Source: Nannocystis bainbridge (lineage in GTDB: Bacteria > Myxococcota_A > Polyangia > Nannocystales > Nannocystaceae). Taken from it: a stretch of DNA of 64,000 nt. Both the position numbers and the translations under genes were made by a program. The DNA is taken from assembly GCF_028368995.1 (NCBI RefSeq), contig NZ_JAQNDL010000003.1, positions 2,816,001-2,880,000 on the forward strand, written 5' to 3'. A model generated the notes under the pieces. It worked only from the letters and a program-made list of their open reading frames with translations. It was not told the DNA's origin and did no database searches. Below, piece by piece: positions 21,561 to 31,714 of this stretch. Position 1 is the first letter of the stretch. Each line of letters starts with the position of its first letter.

Positions 21561-22484
21561 TCACAGGGACGCACGCGTCGGGCACTCGCCCTCGCCCTGG
21601 AAGTCCCCGAGCGTGCGCGCCTGGGCGGCGAGGTAGTCATACGCAGTTGTCACGGGGATCGGTGCACCGGTGACGGAGTAGCCGAGTTCGGGGGTGAACA
21701 GGTCGGCGGCCTTGACCATGCGCAGCTCGTCGAGCGTGGTCTCGCCGTCGCGGTCGAGATCGCTGTCGGCGATCCACTGCGCGCGCCGCTCGGTGATCTC
21801 GGCGCCCTGCGTGATGTTGGTGAAGAACCAGTGGTCGCCGTGGATGGTCGGCTTGATCTGCGCCGTGCCGCCCGAGGGCACCGCGAAGCCAGCATCACCC
21901 TCCTCGGGCGCGCAGTCGTCGAACGAGGTGCCAGCCGCGAGGCCCCACGCGAACTTCACCGAGGTCGCCGGCTCGCAATCATCGGTGCCCGGCAGGCACG
22001 ACTGACCGTCGGCCTTGCTGATCGCGCCCTCGACGTAGATCGAGAAGCCGTTCTCGACCATGAATTCATGGTCGGCGGCGGCGGTGCCCTCGGCCGCCTC
22101 GGCCGCGGCGGAGGCGTTGGGGATGTCGTAGCCGACGCGGTCCCAGCGGACCGCCGCGACGTCGTCGAACTCGGTCAGCACGAACCCGCCGACCGGCAGG
22201 TTGAGCAGGTCGACGACGTAGACCGCGGGCTCGACCAGCGAGTCCGAAGCGTCGGCGCTGCGGCTCGCGCGGAAGTTGCCGACGACCACCAGGAACTTGG
22301 TGTAGTCCGCGGCCCAGCCGTCGACGATGTTCTCCTCGCCCGTGCCCGGCTGCAGCCCCTCGGGGATGGTGTCCTCGGCCTCGACGAACACCTGCACCCG
22401 CCCGGTCGCGCCGCCTCCGCCATTGCAGCCGGCGACGAGGGTGATGGCAGTGACGACGACGAAGACCTGCTGCAAACGTGGCAT
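21561..22484 (-). CDS. Myxobacterial lipoprotein (TIHGDHWFF motif), possibly metal-uptake associated
   Basis: LVAGC lipobox; His/Asp motif; GGAG RBS; preceded by TTGCAA palindromes. Confidence 0.7.
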   Translation of the reverse strand: MPRLQQVFVVVTAITLVAGCNGGGGATGRVQVFVEAEDTIPEGLQPGTGEENIVDGWAADYTKFLVVVGNFRASRSADASDSLVEPAVYVVDLLNLPVGGFVLTEFDDVAAVRWDRVGYDIPNASAAAEAAEGTAAADHEFMVENGFSIYVEGAISKADGQSCLPGTDDCEPATSVKFAWGLAAGTSFDDCAPEEGDAGFAVPSGGTAQIKPTIHGDHWFFTNITQGAEITERRAQWIADSDLDRDGETTLDELRMVKAADLFTPELGYSVTGAPIPVTTAYDYLAAQARTLGDFQGEGECPTRASL

Positions 22485-22655
22485 GACGACTCTCCTTGCG
22501 CGATGTCGCGGGGTGGTTGCAAATTCTCGGACGAGCGCGCCGCGCCTGCCCCGGCCGTGCGGCCGCTCGCCGGACCCGTGACCGCCTCCGCGGGGCCCGC
22601 ACGGCGGCGACGCGCTGCGAGCGGCGATCACGGGGCGACCGTACGCGGCGTGTTC

Positions 22656-22795
22656 TTGCAAGTCAAATTGCAAAAGACCTTCGCTTGCATCTGACGCCGC
22701 TCCGCCGCCCGGCTCGCCGCCGCAGGCGTCCGTCTGGCCCGGTGAGTTCGCCGGTTCGCACGCGCACACGACCTGCTCTTGCAATGCGTTTGCAA
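22656..22795. promoter_or_regulatory. Two TTGCAA-N5/6-TTGCAA palindromes (Fur/Zur-family-like operators)
   Basis: TTGCAAgtcaaaTTGCAA at 22656-22673 and TTGCAAtgcgtTTGCAA at 22779-22795, in a divergent intergenic region. Confidence 0.55.
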
Positions 22796-22859
22796 AAATT
22801 GACCTTGCGCACGCGCCCCGCCGCTTGTCCTGCGCCGGCCCGACTGTCACGGTTGAGGC

Positions 22860-23669
22860 ATGAGCCAGCAGTCGCCCCTCGCCGATCCGGCCCCGTGGAA
22901 CCTCGTCGACGCGTGGTACGCCGAGCGCGGCGTGCAATTCATGGTCCCCTTCACTCGCGACGCCATCGCCCTGGCCGCCCCGGCCGCCGACGCGCGCGTG
23001 CTCGACGTCGCCTGCGGTCCCGGCACCCTGGCGCTGCACATCGCCCCCGAGGTCGCCCACGTGGCCGCCCTCGACTTCGCCGCGGCGATGATCGATCGCC
23101 TGCGCGAGCGCGCCGACCGTGAAGGGCTCGCCGTCGACGCCCGCGTCGGTGACGGCCAGGACCTGCCGTGGCCCGACGCCGGCTTCGACGCCGCCTTCTC
23201 GATGTTCGGCCTGATCTTCTTCCCCGATCCGGACCGCGGGCTGCGCGAGCTGCATCGCGTGCTCAAGCCCGGCGGTCGCGTCGTGGTCGGCTCGTGGGCC
23301 CCGTTCGCCGAGGACCACCCGCTCATGCTCCTGTTCGCGGCCCTGCGCGCCGTCATGCCCGAGCTCCCGCTCGGCCGCGGCCCCGCGCCGCTCAACCATC
23401 CCGACGAGTTCACCGCGGCCCTCGCCGGCGCCGGCTTCACCGGCGTCCGCGTCGAGCCCGTCACCCACGAGTTCCGCTTCGCCGACGTCGACGCGCTGTG
23501 GACCTTCAACGTCCGCGGCAACGCCCCGATCGCGCTGCTCCATCAGCGCCTGTCGGCGGAGGCGTGGCAAGCCTTCGAGACGGACGTGCTGGCCCGCCTG
23601 CGCGAGCGCTTCGGCTCCGGCCCCGTCGCTTACCCGCAGACGGCCCTGCTGGGCCTCGGCGTGCGCTGA
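22860..23669 (+). CDS. Class I SAM-dependent methyltransferase
   Basis: VLDVACGPG, LPWPDAGFDAAFS and RVLKPGG. Confidence 0.93.
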   Translation: MSQQSPLADPAPWNLVDAWYAERGVQFMVPFTRDAIALAAPAADARVLDVACGPGTLALHIAPEVAHVAALDFAAAMIDRLRERADREGLAVDARVGDGQDLPWPDAGFDAAFSMFGLIFFPDPDRGLRELHRVLKPGGRVVVGSWAPFAEDHPLMLLFAALRAVMPELPLGRGPAPLNHPDEFTAALAGAGFTGVRVEPVTHEFRFADVDALWTFNVRGNAPIALLHQRLSAEAWQAFETDVLARLRERFGSGPVAYPQTALLGLGVR

Positions 23670-23799
23670 CGGCGGGACGCTCCCTGCGCGACGACGACAT
23701 GTCCCTCAGGACATGTTCGAGTCCCGCGCCGATCGGCGTGACCAGCAGGCGCCGGCGTGGAAGCTCGGACCCGGGACGCCGCCGGGTCTCGCGGGTCCG

Positions 23800-25035
23800 C
23801 TACTCCGCCGGGCAGCCCGCCCCGGGCGCCACCTGCCCGTGGGCCATGAAGTAGATCGGGTGGCTGCCGGCGAACGCCTCTGCGGGCAGCACCTCCCAGT
23901 TCACCCCGTCTTCGCTGCGGAAGAACCGCTGCTTCTCGTACCACACCATCCAGCCCGCGTTCGTGGCCACGAACGTGCCCTCGGGGCTGCGCGCGACCTG
24001 ACCGATGGAGATGTCGCCGGGCGCGATCGGCTCGCTCTGCCAGCTCGCCCCGTCGGCGCTGCGGTGCAGCGTCGCGCCCTGGTACACAAAAAACTCCGAG
24101 CCGGTCCAGATCGGCGGCGACGACAGGTTGTCGGTCACGGGCACGTGCTCCCAGTCGTCGCCGCCGTCGGTGGTGCGGCAGACGTGGCCGTTGCCGCTGA
24201 CCATGATCCCCACACCTGACCCATAGGCCATGCCGATCACGTAGCCCCCGCATTGCGGCGGCCGCGTCGTCGCCGGCGTCCACGTCACCCCGTCGGCGCT
24301 GCGGACGATCGCTCGCTGCTCGCCGCTCTCGCCGCTGACCACGAACCACCCGCCGTCGTGCGGGAAGAACTCAATCGCGCGGGTGTTGATGCCGATGTCG
24401 AGCGGCCCGCCCTCCTGCCAGGTCTTGCCGAGGTCGTCGGAGATCTGCGTGGGCGAGTTGTTGGCGACGAAGCGGCCGTTGCCGAAGGCGACGTCGGCGA
24501 ACGTCGGCGTGTCCGCGAGCACGGTCTCGAACATCGCCGCGTCCTCGCTGCGCACCAGCGAGCCCGGCGCACCCCAGCCCCACGTCAGCACGAAGGTCTG
24601 TTCGCCGTGGGCGATCCCGCGGCCCGCGAACGCATTGTGATCGCAGTCGAGCCCGGCCTCGAAGCAGCGCACCGCGTCGTCCTGCGAGCTGTCCTGAATC
24701 CACGTGCGGCCGTCGTCGCAGGAGATCGTGGTCCGCCCGTAATGCCCCTGGGCGATGAACACCGGCACCGAAGTCACCGGCGGCGGACCGGTCGTCGTCG
24801 AGGTCGGCTCACTCGGCCCCTCGGTCGTCGACGTCGACGCCTCCGTCGTGCTCGCCTCCGTCGTCGTCTCGATCGACGTCGTCGCTGGCGTCGTCATCGG
24901 CAGCGAAGTCACCGCCTCCGAAGAACCGGACGACATCATCGAGGTCGTCGAGGCCGCCTCGCTCGCGCCGTCGCTGCTCGACGGATCTTTGCCCTCGCCC
25001 TGACACGCGACGACCAGCGCCGCCCCCATCCACAT
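23800..25035 (-). CDS. Lipoprotein with BNR/Asp-box repeats
   Basis: LVVAC lipobox, Thr linker, repeated S.D.G.TW motifs (SCDDGRTW, SDDLGKTW, SADGVTW, SEDGVNW). Confidence 0.8.
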   Translation of the reverse strand: MWMGAALVVACQGEGKDPSSSDGASEAASTTSMMSSGSSEAVTSLPMTTPATTSIETTTEASTTEASTSTTEGPSEPTSTTTGPPPVTSVPVFIAQGHYGRTTISCDDGRTWIQDSSQDDAVRCFEAGLDCDHNAFAGRGIAHGEQTFVLTWGWGAPGSLVRSEDAAMFETVLADTPTFADVAFGNGRFVANNSPTQISDDLGKTWQEGGPLDIGINTRAIEFFPHDGGWFVVSGESGEQRAIVRSADGVTWTPATTRPPQCGGYVIGMAYGSGVGIMVSGNGHVCRTTDGGDDWEHVPVTDNLSSPPIWTGSEFFVYQGATLHRSADGASWQSEPIAPGDISIGQVARSPEGTFVATNAGWMVWYEKQRFFRSEDGVNWEVLPAEAFAGSHPIYFMAHGQVAPGAGCPAE

Positions 25036-25209
25036 CTGCCGCACCACGCCACGGTAACGAGGTCGCGGTGGGCCTCGCAAGGTGTCGTGCGCCCCCATCA
25101 TCACGACGAGCGCGCGCGGCCTCGCGTCGCGCGTGCGCGCGCGTTTGACAGCCCTGGCGGCCTCCTGTAGCTGTGATCGTCGCATCGTGCGGCGAGGGCG
25201 GGAGGACAC

Positions 25210-26943
25210 GTGATGATGGGCAGACGAAAGGCACGAGCATGGATGCTCGGTGGCGCGGTGGTCCTGGGATGTAGCGGCGGGGGCGGCGGCAACGACGACG
25301 CGACCGCGGCCACCGAGGGCACCGGCGTCGCCACCGACGCTGCGACGACGGCCCCGACCACCAGCGAGGGCACCGGCGAGGACCCCACCGAGGGTGAGCC
25401 CGCCGACTGCGAGGGCCCGCTCGACCCCGGCCCCGCCCCGCTGCGGCGGCTCACGCACTCGCAGTACAACAACACCGTCCGCGACCTGTTCCCCGGCGTG
25501 ACCCTGCCGCTGCAGACCATCGCCGTCGACCCGAAGGTCAACGGCTTCGAGAACAACGCCGACGTGCAGACCCCCTCGGCCCTGCTCATCGAGCAGTACC
25601 AGCGCGCCGCCCTCGAGGTCACCAAGGCCGCGTGGGCCAGCCCCGAGGCCTTCCTGCCGTGCGCGGCCGACGGCGGCGGCGAGCCGCAGCAGTGTGGCCA
25701 CACCTTCCTGCTCGACCTCGGCGCGCGCGCGTTCCGGCGCCCGCTGACCGCCGACGAGGAGGCCGCCTTCCTCGGCTTCTTCGACCAGCAGCTCGCCGAG
25801 ACCAACTTCACCGTCGCGCTCCAGCTCACCGTCCAGGCGGTGCTGCAGTCGCCGGCGTTCCTCTACTTCCTCGAGTTCGGCGGCGAGCCGATCGAGGGCG
25901 GCGAGGCTGTCGCGCTCACCGGCCACGAGCTGGCCGCGCGGCTCAGCTACTTCCTGTGGGACAGCATGCCCGACGCGCAGCTGCTCGCGGCCGCCACCGC
26001 CGGCGACCTCGACACCGTCGAGGGCCTCGCCGCCGAGGCCCTGCGCATGCTCGACGACGGCAAGGCTCGCGGCGCGCTCGTCAACTTCCACCGCCAGTGG
26101 TTCGACTTCGACGGCGTCGCGCTCATCAACCCCGACCCCGCGACCTACCCGACCTACACCCCCGAGCTGCGGACCGCCATGCGCGCCGAGCTCGATCGCT
26201 TCGTCGAGTCGACCCTGTTCGATGGGCCAGGCACCTTCGCCTCGCTGCTCACCAGCACCGCGACCGACGTCGAGGCCACCCTCGCCGCGCTCTACGGCGT
26301 CGACGCCCCGCCGCCCGGCGAGTGGGCGCCCGTCAGCCTCGACCCCGGCGAGCGCAGCGGGATCCTCACGCGCGCCGGCTTCCTCGCCCGCACCGCCCAC
26401 GCCGTGCACCCCTCGCCGGTCAAGCGCGGCGTGTTCGTGCTCGCCCGCCTGCTGTGCGTCCCGCCCGCGCCGCCGCCCGCCAACGTCAACACCAACCCGC
26501 CCGACGAGGGCGAGCCCGGGCAGCCCAAGACCAACCGCGAGCGCTACGCCAAGCACACCGCGCAGGCCGACTGCGCCTCCTGTCACGTCACGATCGACGG
26601 CGTCGGCTTCGGCTTCGAGAACTACGACGCGCTCGGCCGCTGGCGCGACCTCGACAACGGCGAGCCGGTCGACGCCAGCGGCGCGCTGATCGGCACCGAC
26701 GTCGACGGCAGCTTCGACGGCGCGATCGAGCTGTCGCAGAAGCTGGCCACCAGCACCCAGGCCCACGACTGCGTGGTCTCGCAGGTCTACCGCTACGCGC
26801 TCGGCCGCGGGACCACGGCGGCCGACCTGTGCAGCCTCGGTGACCTGCGGGCCCAGTTCGCCGAGGCCAGCGGCGACGTGCACGCCCTCCTCCTCGCCGT
26901 CGTCACCAGCGACGCCTTCCGCACCCGAAAGGGGGCCCCATGA
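25210..26943 (+). CDS. DUF1592/DUF1588 (PSD/PSCyt) domain lipoprotein
   Basis: LRRLTHSQYNNTVRDL, ELAARLSYFLWDSMPD, SPVKRG, heme motif CASCH and GFGFENYDALG. Confidence 0.93.
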   Translation: MMMGRRKARAWMLGGAVVLGCSGGGGGNDDATAATEGTGVATDAATTAPTTSEGTGEDPTEGEPADCEGPLDPGPAPLRRLTHSQYNNTVRDLFPGVTLPLQTIAVDPKVNGFENNADVQTPSALLIEQYQRAALEVTKAAWASPEAFLPCAADGGGEPQQCGHTFLLDLGARAFRRPLTADEEAAFLGFFDQQLAETNFTVALQLTVQAVLQSPAFLYFLEFGGEPIEGGEAVALTGHELAARLSYFLWDSMPDAQLLAAATAGDLDTVEGLAAEALRMLDDGKARGALVNFHRQWFDFDGVALINPDPATYPTYTPELRTAMRAELDRFVESTLFDGPGTFASLLTSTATDVEATLAALYGVDAPPPGEWAPVSLDPGERSGILTRAGFLARTAHAVHPSPVKRGVFVLARLLCVPPAPPPANVNTNPPDEGEPGQPKTNRERYAKHTAQADCASCHVTIDGVGFGFENYDALGRWRDLDNGEPVDASGALIGTDVDGSFDGAIELSQKLATSTQAHDCVVSQVYRYALGRGTTAADLCSLGDLRAQFAEASGDVHALLLAVVTSDAFRTRKGAP

Positions 26944-28361
26944 CCGCCTCGCACCCTCGTATGCCGCGCCTGCGCCGGCGCAGCTTCCTCGGCGGCCTCG
27001 GCCTCGGCATCGGCGCGCTGTGCCTGCCCTCGCTGCTGCCACGAGGCGCCCGCGCCGAGCCGCCGGGCCCGGTCAAGCGGCTGCTGATGCTGATGACGGA
27101 GCACGGCACCGTCTATCAGAACTGGCGCATGCGCCCGGGCAACCTGCCCGAAGATACAGATTGGGAGACGCCGCTCGGTGCGCTGGGCGAGTCCGACTTC
27201 AGCGAGATCTTGCGGCCGCTCCACGGCTACCGCGACCGCCTGCTGGTGCTCGACGGCGTCGGCATGGCGACCGGGCACATGACGGGCATCAACGAGCACG
27301 AGGAGGGCCACGCCACGTGCCTCACCGGCACGCTGGCGCAGCCGGTCGACGGCGGAGTGGCGCTCGCGGCCGGGCCCTCGATCGACCAGATCGTCGCCGG
27401 CGCGGTGGCCGAGCCCGGCCAGATCGCGTCGCTGCAGATCTCGCACGGCAGTTGGGCCTACAGCTACGACCCGAGCGGCAAGGCGCTGCCGTGGATCACC
27501 GAGCCGTGGCAGCTCTACCAAAAGCTGTTCCCCAACGGCCCGGTCGACCCGAACGCGCCGCCCGACGACCTCAAGACGATCCGCGATCGCCAGGGCAGCG
27601 TGGTCTCGCTGGTGCGCGAGCAGTACCACGCGCTCGCGCCGAAGCTGTCGGGCGAGGACAAGCTCAAGGTCGAGCAGCACCGCGACCTGCTGCACTCGCT
27701 CGGCCAGCAGCTCGAGAACCTGGCCAACATCGTCTGCGAGGCGCCGCCCGAGCCCGGCGGCGGGCCGCCGTGGGAGGACCCGCAGTTCTATTTCCACCGC
27801 GCGCAGGTGTTCACGACCCTGGCGACGCTGGCGCTGTCGTGCGACATGACCCGCGTGGCGATGCTCGCGTTCAGCGGCCTGCGCAACGAACACGTCAGCG
27901 CCCCGCCCGGCGACCTCCACAACGACTACGCGCACCAGGCCTCGACCGACCCGACGGCGATGCAGGTGATGACGAACTATCACAAGATCCACGCCGAGGA
28001 TTTCAAGAACATCCTGGCGGCGCTGGACGCCGTGCCGAGCGAGAGCGGCACGCTGCTCGACGACACGCTGGTGGTGTGGGCCAACGAGCTGTGCACCGGT
28101 GAACACAGCATGAACCAGTGGCCGGTCGTGATGGCCGGCGGGACCCATCACTTCAAGACGGGCCGCTACGTCCGCTGGGCCCAGAACAACATCATCAAAG
28201 GGACGTGGGGCGACGAGCCGCAAGGGCCGCCGCACAACCGCCTGCTGGTGTCGATCGCCAGGGCCATGGGCGCGGACGTCGACCAGGTCGGCGAGACCAG
28301 CGTGACGCTCAAGGGCGACTCGCAGCTGCCCACCACCGGCGAACTCGACCGCCTCACCTGA
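26940..28361 (+). CDS. DUF1552 domain protein (Tat signal)
   Basis: RRRSFL Tat motif, SIDQIVA, CDMTRVA, GTLLDDTL; ATGA-coupled to the DUF1592 gene, as is typical. Confidence 0.92.
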   Translation: MTASHPRMPRLRRRSFLGGLGLGIGALCLPSLLPRGARAEPPGPVKRLLMLMTEHGTVYQNWRMRPGNLPEDTDWETPLGALGESDFSEILRPLHGYRDRLLVLDGVGMATGHMTGINEHEEGHATCLTGTLAQPVDGGVALAAGPSIDQIVAGAVAEPGQIASLQISHGSWAYSYDPSGKALPWITEPWQLYQKLFPNGPVDPNAPPDDLKTIRDRQGSVVSLVREQYHALAPKLSGEDKLKVEQHRDLLHSLGQQLENLANIVCEAPPEPGGGPPWEDPQFYFHRAQVFTTLATLALSCDMTRVAMLAFSGLRNEHVSAPPGDLHNDYAHQASTDPTAMQVMTNYHKIHAEDFKNILAALDAVPSESGTLLDDTLVVWANELCTGEHSMNQWPVVMAGGTHHFKTGRYVRWAQNNIIKGTWGDEPQGPPHNRLLVSIARAMGADVDQVGETSVTLKGDSQLPTTGELDRLT

Positions 28362-28618
28362 GCCGCAGGTTCCTCGGCGACGGCCGCGGAACCAGGCGAA
28401 GGATGACCCGATCCGGGCGCGGCGGCGCAAACCGTCGCGCCCTTGTCATGAGCCGTTCGCAAGGCGCTCGAGAGCTCGCGGCCACGCGCTCGCGAGCGGC
28501 TCGCGTCCTGCGCTTTCGGTGGCACCCGGGTTGCGAACCGTGATTCCCCAACCGCGAGCGGCGCGACCTCCCGCGCTTGGTCTGCGCGAGAGCAAGGGCC
28601 GGCAGTACAAGGCCGCCC

Positions 28619-28849
28619 ATGGCTTCTGCTCCCCGTGAAGACTTCGACCTCGACGCCGTCGAGCGCCGCCTCTGCGTCGAGGCGCTCGAGCTCGCCGGCA
28701 ACATCGTCGACGCCGCCTGGCGCCTCGGCATCACCCGGCAGGCGATGAAGCGCCGGATCAAGAAGCACCGCATCGCCTGGCCCCGGCCGGCCGCCCGAAC
28801 CCCACGCGTCGACGACGAGGTCGGCTCGGCCTTCTTGCTCGCCTCCTGA
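28619..28849 (+). CDS. Small stand-alone Fis-type HTH protein
   Basis: LDAVERRLCVEALELAGNIVDAAWRLGITRQAMKRRIKKH. Confidence 0.75.
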   Translation: MASAPREDFDLDAVERRLCVEALELAGNIVDAAWRLGITRQAMKRRIKKHRIAWPRPAARTPRVDDEVGSAFLLAS

Positions 28850-28879
28850 CCCTTGGGTCATGTCGATTCGAGCCGGGCT

Positions 28880-29070
28880 GCCCTACGCTCTTGCGCCACT
28901 GAGCGTCCACGCGACCCGGGCCGCTGCCCTACGCACTTGCGCCGCTGAGCGTCCCCGCGACCGGGCCGGCTTACACTCTTGCGCCGCTGAGCGACCCCGC
29001 CATCCCGGCCCGCCCACACTCTTGCGTTACGCATTTCCGCACCGGCCGGCAGCCCTACGCACTTGCGTCG
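28880..29070 (+). repeat. Five degenerate direct repeats (core AC[GA]C[TA]CTTGCG), 40-46 bp spacing
   Basis: Copies start near 28880, 28926, 28970, 29012 and 29052 (e.g. gccctacgcacttgcgccgctgagcg). Confidence 0.75.
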
Positions 29071-29319
29071 CGCCCTGCCCTCGCAAGCCGCGGGCACCCG
29101 CGCTCCGCGATGCCGAATCGCTACCGCCGTCTCTCCGCTGCAGGACTGGCCACGGGCTCGGTCTGCATGCCTTTTGCTTCGGGCGGCCTCGACGCCTTGC
29201 TGGCAATGGCGACGCACCGATGCGATCTCGGCGCGCGCATCCCGAAGTGCTCGCTGCGAGATCGCCCGGCGCGATCGTGGTGATTGACACCGCTCCGACG
29301 ATCATGAGACCGTCGCGCG

Positions 29320-30186
29320 ATGTCGCGCATCCGCCTGCTTCTGCCTTCCGCGCTGCTCCTGGCCGGCTGCGTGGCACCTGGCCTGAAGTACCTGCAGTCG
29401 CTGCCGATGACCACCTCCACCTCGACTGGCGACGTCAGCACGGGTGACGACGGCGCGTCGACGATCATGACCACCACCGAGGACGCGAGCGACAGCGAAG
29501 CCCCGGGCCCCGGCACCACCACGACCACCACGACCACCACCTCCGGCGGCCACGACACCACCACGAGCCACACCACCGGCGAGCCTGCCGAACCGATTTG
29601 TGGTGACGGCCTCGTCGAGGGCGACGAGGAGTGCGACGACGCCAACGACATCGCCGACGATCGCTGCCATCAGTGCACCAAGAACCGGTGGATCTTCGCC
29701 TCGGCCGCGCTCCACAACGACGGTGACCTCGGCGGCCTCGAGGGTGCCGACAGTCGCTGTCGCCAGTACGCCCTGCAGACCGGCCGCGCCGACGACACCT
29801 GGAAGACCTTCATCGCCTGGTTGTCCGACGCCGACCACGACGTCCGCGATCGTCTTTATCCCGGACGCGGCCGCTACGTCCGCACCGACGGCGTCGTCGT
29901 CGCCGAGACCGTCGAGCAGTTCTTCTCCGGCTCGCTCGAAGCGCCGATCAACGTCGACGAGGACGGCAACCAGGACATCGGCGGCGGCGTCCTCACCGGC
30001 ACCCGGCCCGACGGCACCGCCGCGCCGGGCCCTCTCTGTGGCAACTGGACCACCAGCGGGCTCCTCGACCACTCCGCCGTTTTGGGCAGCGCCTCGGCGA
30101 TCGACGAGGTCTGGACGATGTACCCCGGCGAGCCCGATCCCTGCACGGGGCTCAGCGCCCGGCTTTATTGCATCGAAGGGCAATAG
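29320..30186 (+). CDS. Lipoprotein with Cys-rich repeat and DUF1554/endostatin-like domain
   Basis: LAGC lipobox; CGDGLVEGDEECDD; GDLGGLEGADSRC; AWLSD; LYCIE. Confidence 0.85.
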   Translation: MSRIRLLLPSALLLAGCVAPGLKYLQSLPMTTSTSTGDVSTGDDGASTIMTTTEDASDSEAPGPGTTTTTTTTTSGGHDTTTSHTTGEPAEPICGDGLVEGDEECDDANDIADDRCHQCTKNRWIFASAALHNDGDLGGLEGADSRCRQYALQTGRADDTWKTFIAWLSDADHDVRDRLYPGRGRYVRTDGVVVAETVEQFFSGSLEAPINVDEDGNQDIGGGVLTGTRPDGTAAPGPLCGNWTTSGLLDHSAVLGSASAIDEVWTMYPGEPDPCTGLSARLYCIEGQ

Positions 30187-30188
30187 CC

Positions 30189-31286
30189 ATGCCCCGAGCC
30201 GGTCGCTTCGCAATCATATTCCTGTCCCTCGGGACAGCTTGCACCGACGATCCGCTCGTCTCCATGCCCGCCTCGGACGGCCAGAGCGCAAGCGGCGGGC
30301 CCACGTCCTTCGACCCGCCGGCCGCCTCCGACGCCGTCGAGCCGACGACCACCGAGGCGGGCTCCACGAGCGAGGCATCGACGAGCGCCACCGGTGCCAC
30401 CGCACCGGACCAGCCGGTCTGCGGCGACGACGTCGCCGAGGGCCTCGAGGAGTGCGACCTCGGCAAGGCCAACGCCGACAATGGCGCCTGCACCCTCGAG
30501 TGCAAGCTCGCGACCTGCGGCGATGGCCTCGTGTGGGAAGGCGTCGAGCAATGCGACATGGGCGGGGGCAACAGCGACGAATACGGGGGTTGCCGGCCTG
30601 ACACTTGCCATTGGGCGGCCCGCTGCGGCGACGGCATTCTCGACGCCGACCACGAGCTCTGCGACCGCGGCGAACTCAACGGCACGGGGATCACGGAGGA
30701 CGAGTTTGCCCCGTGCGACCTCGCTTGTGGCTTCTTTGGCCGACCCTTCTTCATCACCAGCCAGATGTTCACCGGCGCTCTCGGCGGCGTGTCCGGAGCC
30801 GACCTCAAGTGTCGCACAGCCGCGGCGAAGGCCGGCCTGCCGAACGCCACCAGCTATCGGGCGTGGATCAGCGACGACTTTCAATCGCCCGCCACGCGGT
30901 TCGAGCAGTGGGATCTGGCTGTCCCGCTCATCTTGGTCGGCGGCGTCGTCGTCGCGGACGACCTGCTCGATCTGGTCGACAACGGCCCGCATACTGGCAT
31001 CGCGCGAACGGAGACCGGGCAGGCCGTGGCTCAGGAATTCGTCTGGACCAACACCTCGGCGTTCGGCGAGATCTTCAACGTCACCGACCACTGCGACGGT
31101 TGGCTGTCCGCGAGCCCGGCCCAGGAGGCTCGCCAGGGCTTGAATTCGGTGGCCGTCGAGCAGGGTCCCGATTGGGACAGCTGGCGCGACGAACGATGGT
31201 GGACCAGCTCGATCACCCAAGAGTGCGATCGGCTCGCCCACCTCTACTGCATCGACGACGGCTTCGTGCTCGAGCAGGAGCGCTGA
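30189..31286 (+). CDS. Lipoprotein with Cys-rich repeats and DUF1554/endostatin-like domain (paralog)
   Basis: GTAC lipobox; three CGD repeats; GALGGVSGADLKC; RAWISD; LYCID. Confidence 0.85.
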   Translation: MPRAGRFAIIFLSLGTACTDDPLVSMPASDGQSASGGPTSFDPPAASDAVEPTTTEAGSTSEASTSATGATAPDQPVCGDDVAEGLEECDLGKANADNGACTLECKLATCGDGLVWEGVEQCDMGGGNSDEYGGCRPDTCHWAARCGDGILDADHELCDRGELNGTGITEDEFAPCDLACGFFGRPFFITSQMFTGALGGVSGADLKCRTAAAKAGLPNATSYRAWISDDFQSPATRFEQWDLAVPLILVGGVVVADDLLDLVDNGPHTGIARTETGQAVAQEFVWTNTSAFGEIFNVTDHCDGWLSASPAQEARQGLNSVAVEQGPDWDSWRDERWWTSSITQECDRLAHLYCIDDGFVLEQER

Positions 31287-31366
31287 GCAGCACCGCTGCG
31301 CCGTCGTCGTCGTTCAGACGATCGCCTGGCGCTCGCGCCGGCGAACGCCCTCTCACGATTCGCGGC

Positions 31367-31714
31367 TCAGGCCTTCGGCCCGAACACCTTGAGGTATTCG
31401 TCGCGGTGTTTGCCGTCCAGCAGGGCCAGCGAGCTGTCGGCGTCGTCCTGGTGGTGGACCGCATAGCCCGCGTCCTTGAGCGCGCGCAGGTGGCGGCCGA
31501 CCGCCTCGGTGTCGATGTGGAACACCTTGCCGATCTCCTCCACGTCGCAGATCACCCGCGGCGCTTTCGCCGGGCCCTTGCGGCTGCGGTACGTCGCGGC
31601 CAGGTTCGCGTCCACGAACGTCCAGAGGTAGGCGAGCACGACCTTGGCTCCCGGCGACAGCGGGTCACCCTCGGCGGAGGTCGCGGAGAACAGCTCTCGG
31701 GGCATCTCGGCCAT
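31367..31714 (-). CDS. Small winged-HTH protein
   Basis: LSPGAKVVLAYL...VEEIGKVFHIDTEAVGRHLRALKDAGY. Confidence 0.65.
   Translation of the reverse strand: MAEMPRELFSATSAEGDPLSPGAKVVLAYLWTFVDANLAATYRSRKGPAKAPRVICDVEEIGKVFHIDTEAVGRHLRALKDAGYAVHHQDDADSSLALLDGKHRDEYLKVFGPKA

Noticed and set aside
25210-28361. DUF1592/DUF1552 pair as a novel system
   Set aside because: A well-known, highly expanded gene pair in myxobacteria and planctomycetes; nothing distinctive here.
28880-29070. Degenerate CRISPR
   Set aside because: The repeats are poorly conserved, the intervening parts are short and related to each other, and there are no cas genes.
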